Shown here: positions 63,256-64,000 of the stretch, one piece after another | Position numbering within the stretch: the stretch's first letter is position 1 | Layout: every line of letters begins with the position of its first letter | DNA from: an uncultured Gammaproteobacteria bacterium | GTDB taxonomy: Bacteria > Patescibacteriota > Microgenomatia > Levybacterales > UBA12049 | DNA: 64,000 nt | Reading direction: 5' to 3' | NCBI GenBank assembly: GCA_964483115.1 | Contig: CAYZZF010000003.1 | Location: 2,772 to 66,771, forward strand | Notes under the pieces: generated by a model | What the model was told of the DNA's origin: nothing | The model's database searches: none | Seen by the model: the letters and a program-made list of their open reading frames with translations, nothing else | Program-made: the position numbers and the translations under genes

Positions 63256-63263
63256 AACTTATA

Positions 63264-63384
63264 AAAATTCCAAATTCCAAATAAATTTAAATGTTCAAAA
63301 TTCTAAATTCGAAATTGCTCCTGTATTTTGGTAATTCGAATTTTGATATTATTTTGGAATTTGATGCTTTGGATTTTGAATTTT
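63264..63384 (+). repeat. Heptamer palindromic element, copy 3
   Basis: AAATTCCAAATTCCAAATAAATT...GATATTATTTTGGAATTTGATGCTTTGGATTT. Confidence 0.75.
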
Positions 63385-63901
63385 AACCCAGCACGACAAC
63401 TTCCATTTCTTCTGGTAATTTTTCTGAGACAGAGAATTTTTGAAGAGACGTGATTTCTTTTCCAAATTCTTTTGCCAACACCGATGCCATTTCCCCATAC
63501 AAAATAACTACACTAGACTCAAATGAACTAATAATAGATTGATCAATCTCTAAGTCTGAATTTAAAATAAGTATCTTATAAGCTTTTCCATTCTGGGTTT
63601 TGCCTAGTGCGCTTAAATTTCCTAGAAGAACTCCTATGCTGCCAATATCCAGACTATATATAAGTTTATCTGCCAAGGCCTGAGTCGTAATTCTAATGCC
63701 CCCTATTTCGTATTCCCCAGGCCCCTCTATTAAAACCCGAAAGCCTTCGACTTTTGATGCATCAATATCTCCATTGCTTTTAAGAGACAAAATTCCGTCT
63801 GCATTTGTTTTTTTCATTTGCCCTGTTGGGTCAACCACAAGACTTGCGTTTTTAGCCTTAATTTTAATTGAATTTTTTAAAAGAAGCGTTACGTCCATCA
63901 A
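63383..63901 (-). CDS. Degenerate MBL-fold (lactamase-like) protein
   Basis: VVDP, GPGEYEIGG motifs; metal-binding His residues not evident. Confidence 0.65.
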   Translation of the reverse strand: MMDVTLLLKNSIKIKAKNASLVVDPTGQMKKTNADGILSLKSNGDIDASKVEGFRVLIEGPGEYEIGGIRITTQALADKLIYSLDIGSIGVLLGNLSALGKTQNGKAYKILILNSDLEIDQSIISSFESSVVILYGEMASVLAKEFGKEITSLQKFSVSEKLPEEMEVVVLG

Positions 63902-63969
63902 CCCATCCTATCACAGTAAATTTTTCTTGACAAGAGGATTTTTTTATCTTATTATTCATTGTATCAAAA

Positions 63970-64000
63970 ATGAAAAGAGAAAAAGTTCTACTCTCGTTTA
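63970..64000 (+). CDS. Start of a CDS running off the window
   Basis: ATG AAA AGA GAA AAA GTT CTA CTC TCG TTT after a TTGACA-containing intergenic region. Confidence 0.4.
   Translation, partial: MKREKVLLSF

Noticed and set aside
43413-63384. CRISPR array explanation for the repeats
   Set aside because: No 23-47 bp direct repeats with unique spacers and no cas genes

Overview
AT-rich core-chromosome segment of a small-genome bacterium. Truncated ThrS/PheT/trigger factor, few Shine-Dalgarno sites and a full type IV pilus cluster suggest Patescibacteria/CPR, Microgenomates-like (inference). Contents: a MerA-like reductase with an ArsR regulator, two cell-wall hydrolase paralogs, 3 tRNAs, a small island after tRNA-Val, thrS-infC-rpmI-rplT-pheST, PBP1, tyrS, recG, rpmF-nusB-rnc-rpsP-khpA-trmD, a pilB/T/C/pilin/D/M/N/O cluster interrupted by a REP-associated tyrosine transposase, a MurF/hydrolase/DegT/FemAB cluster, gyrB-ppa-gyrA-folD, a Xer recombinase, trehalase, and a minus-strand block from yebC to dnaB. 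Main observations: (1) a palindromic 7-mer-built element family found both intergenically and as in-frame inserts, with related 7/8/9-mer tracts in about 12 genes; (2) an unannotated Phe-rich leader peptide with a complete attenuator upstream of pheST; (3) an 11-6-11 dif-like site where gene orientation converges, with matching half-sites upstream of the Xer gene; (4) a ~350 nt nested-stem non-coding region beside that site; (5) a CxxC hexapeptide micro-ORF in front of the merA-like gene; (6) REP hairpins around the RAYT, with one copy inside pheT. All calls come from reading the sequence only; no searches were run.
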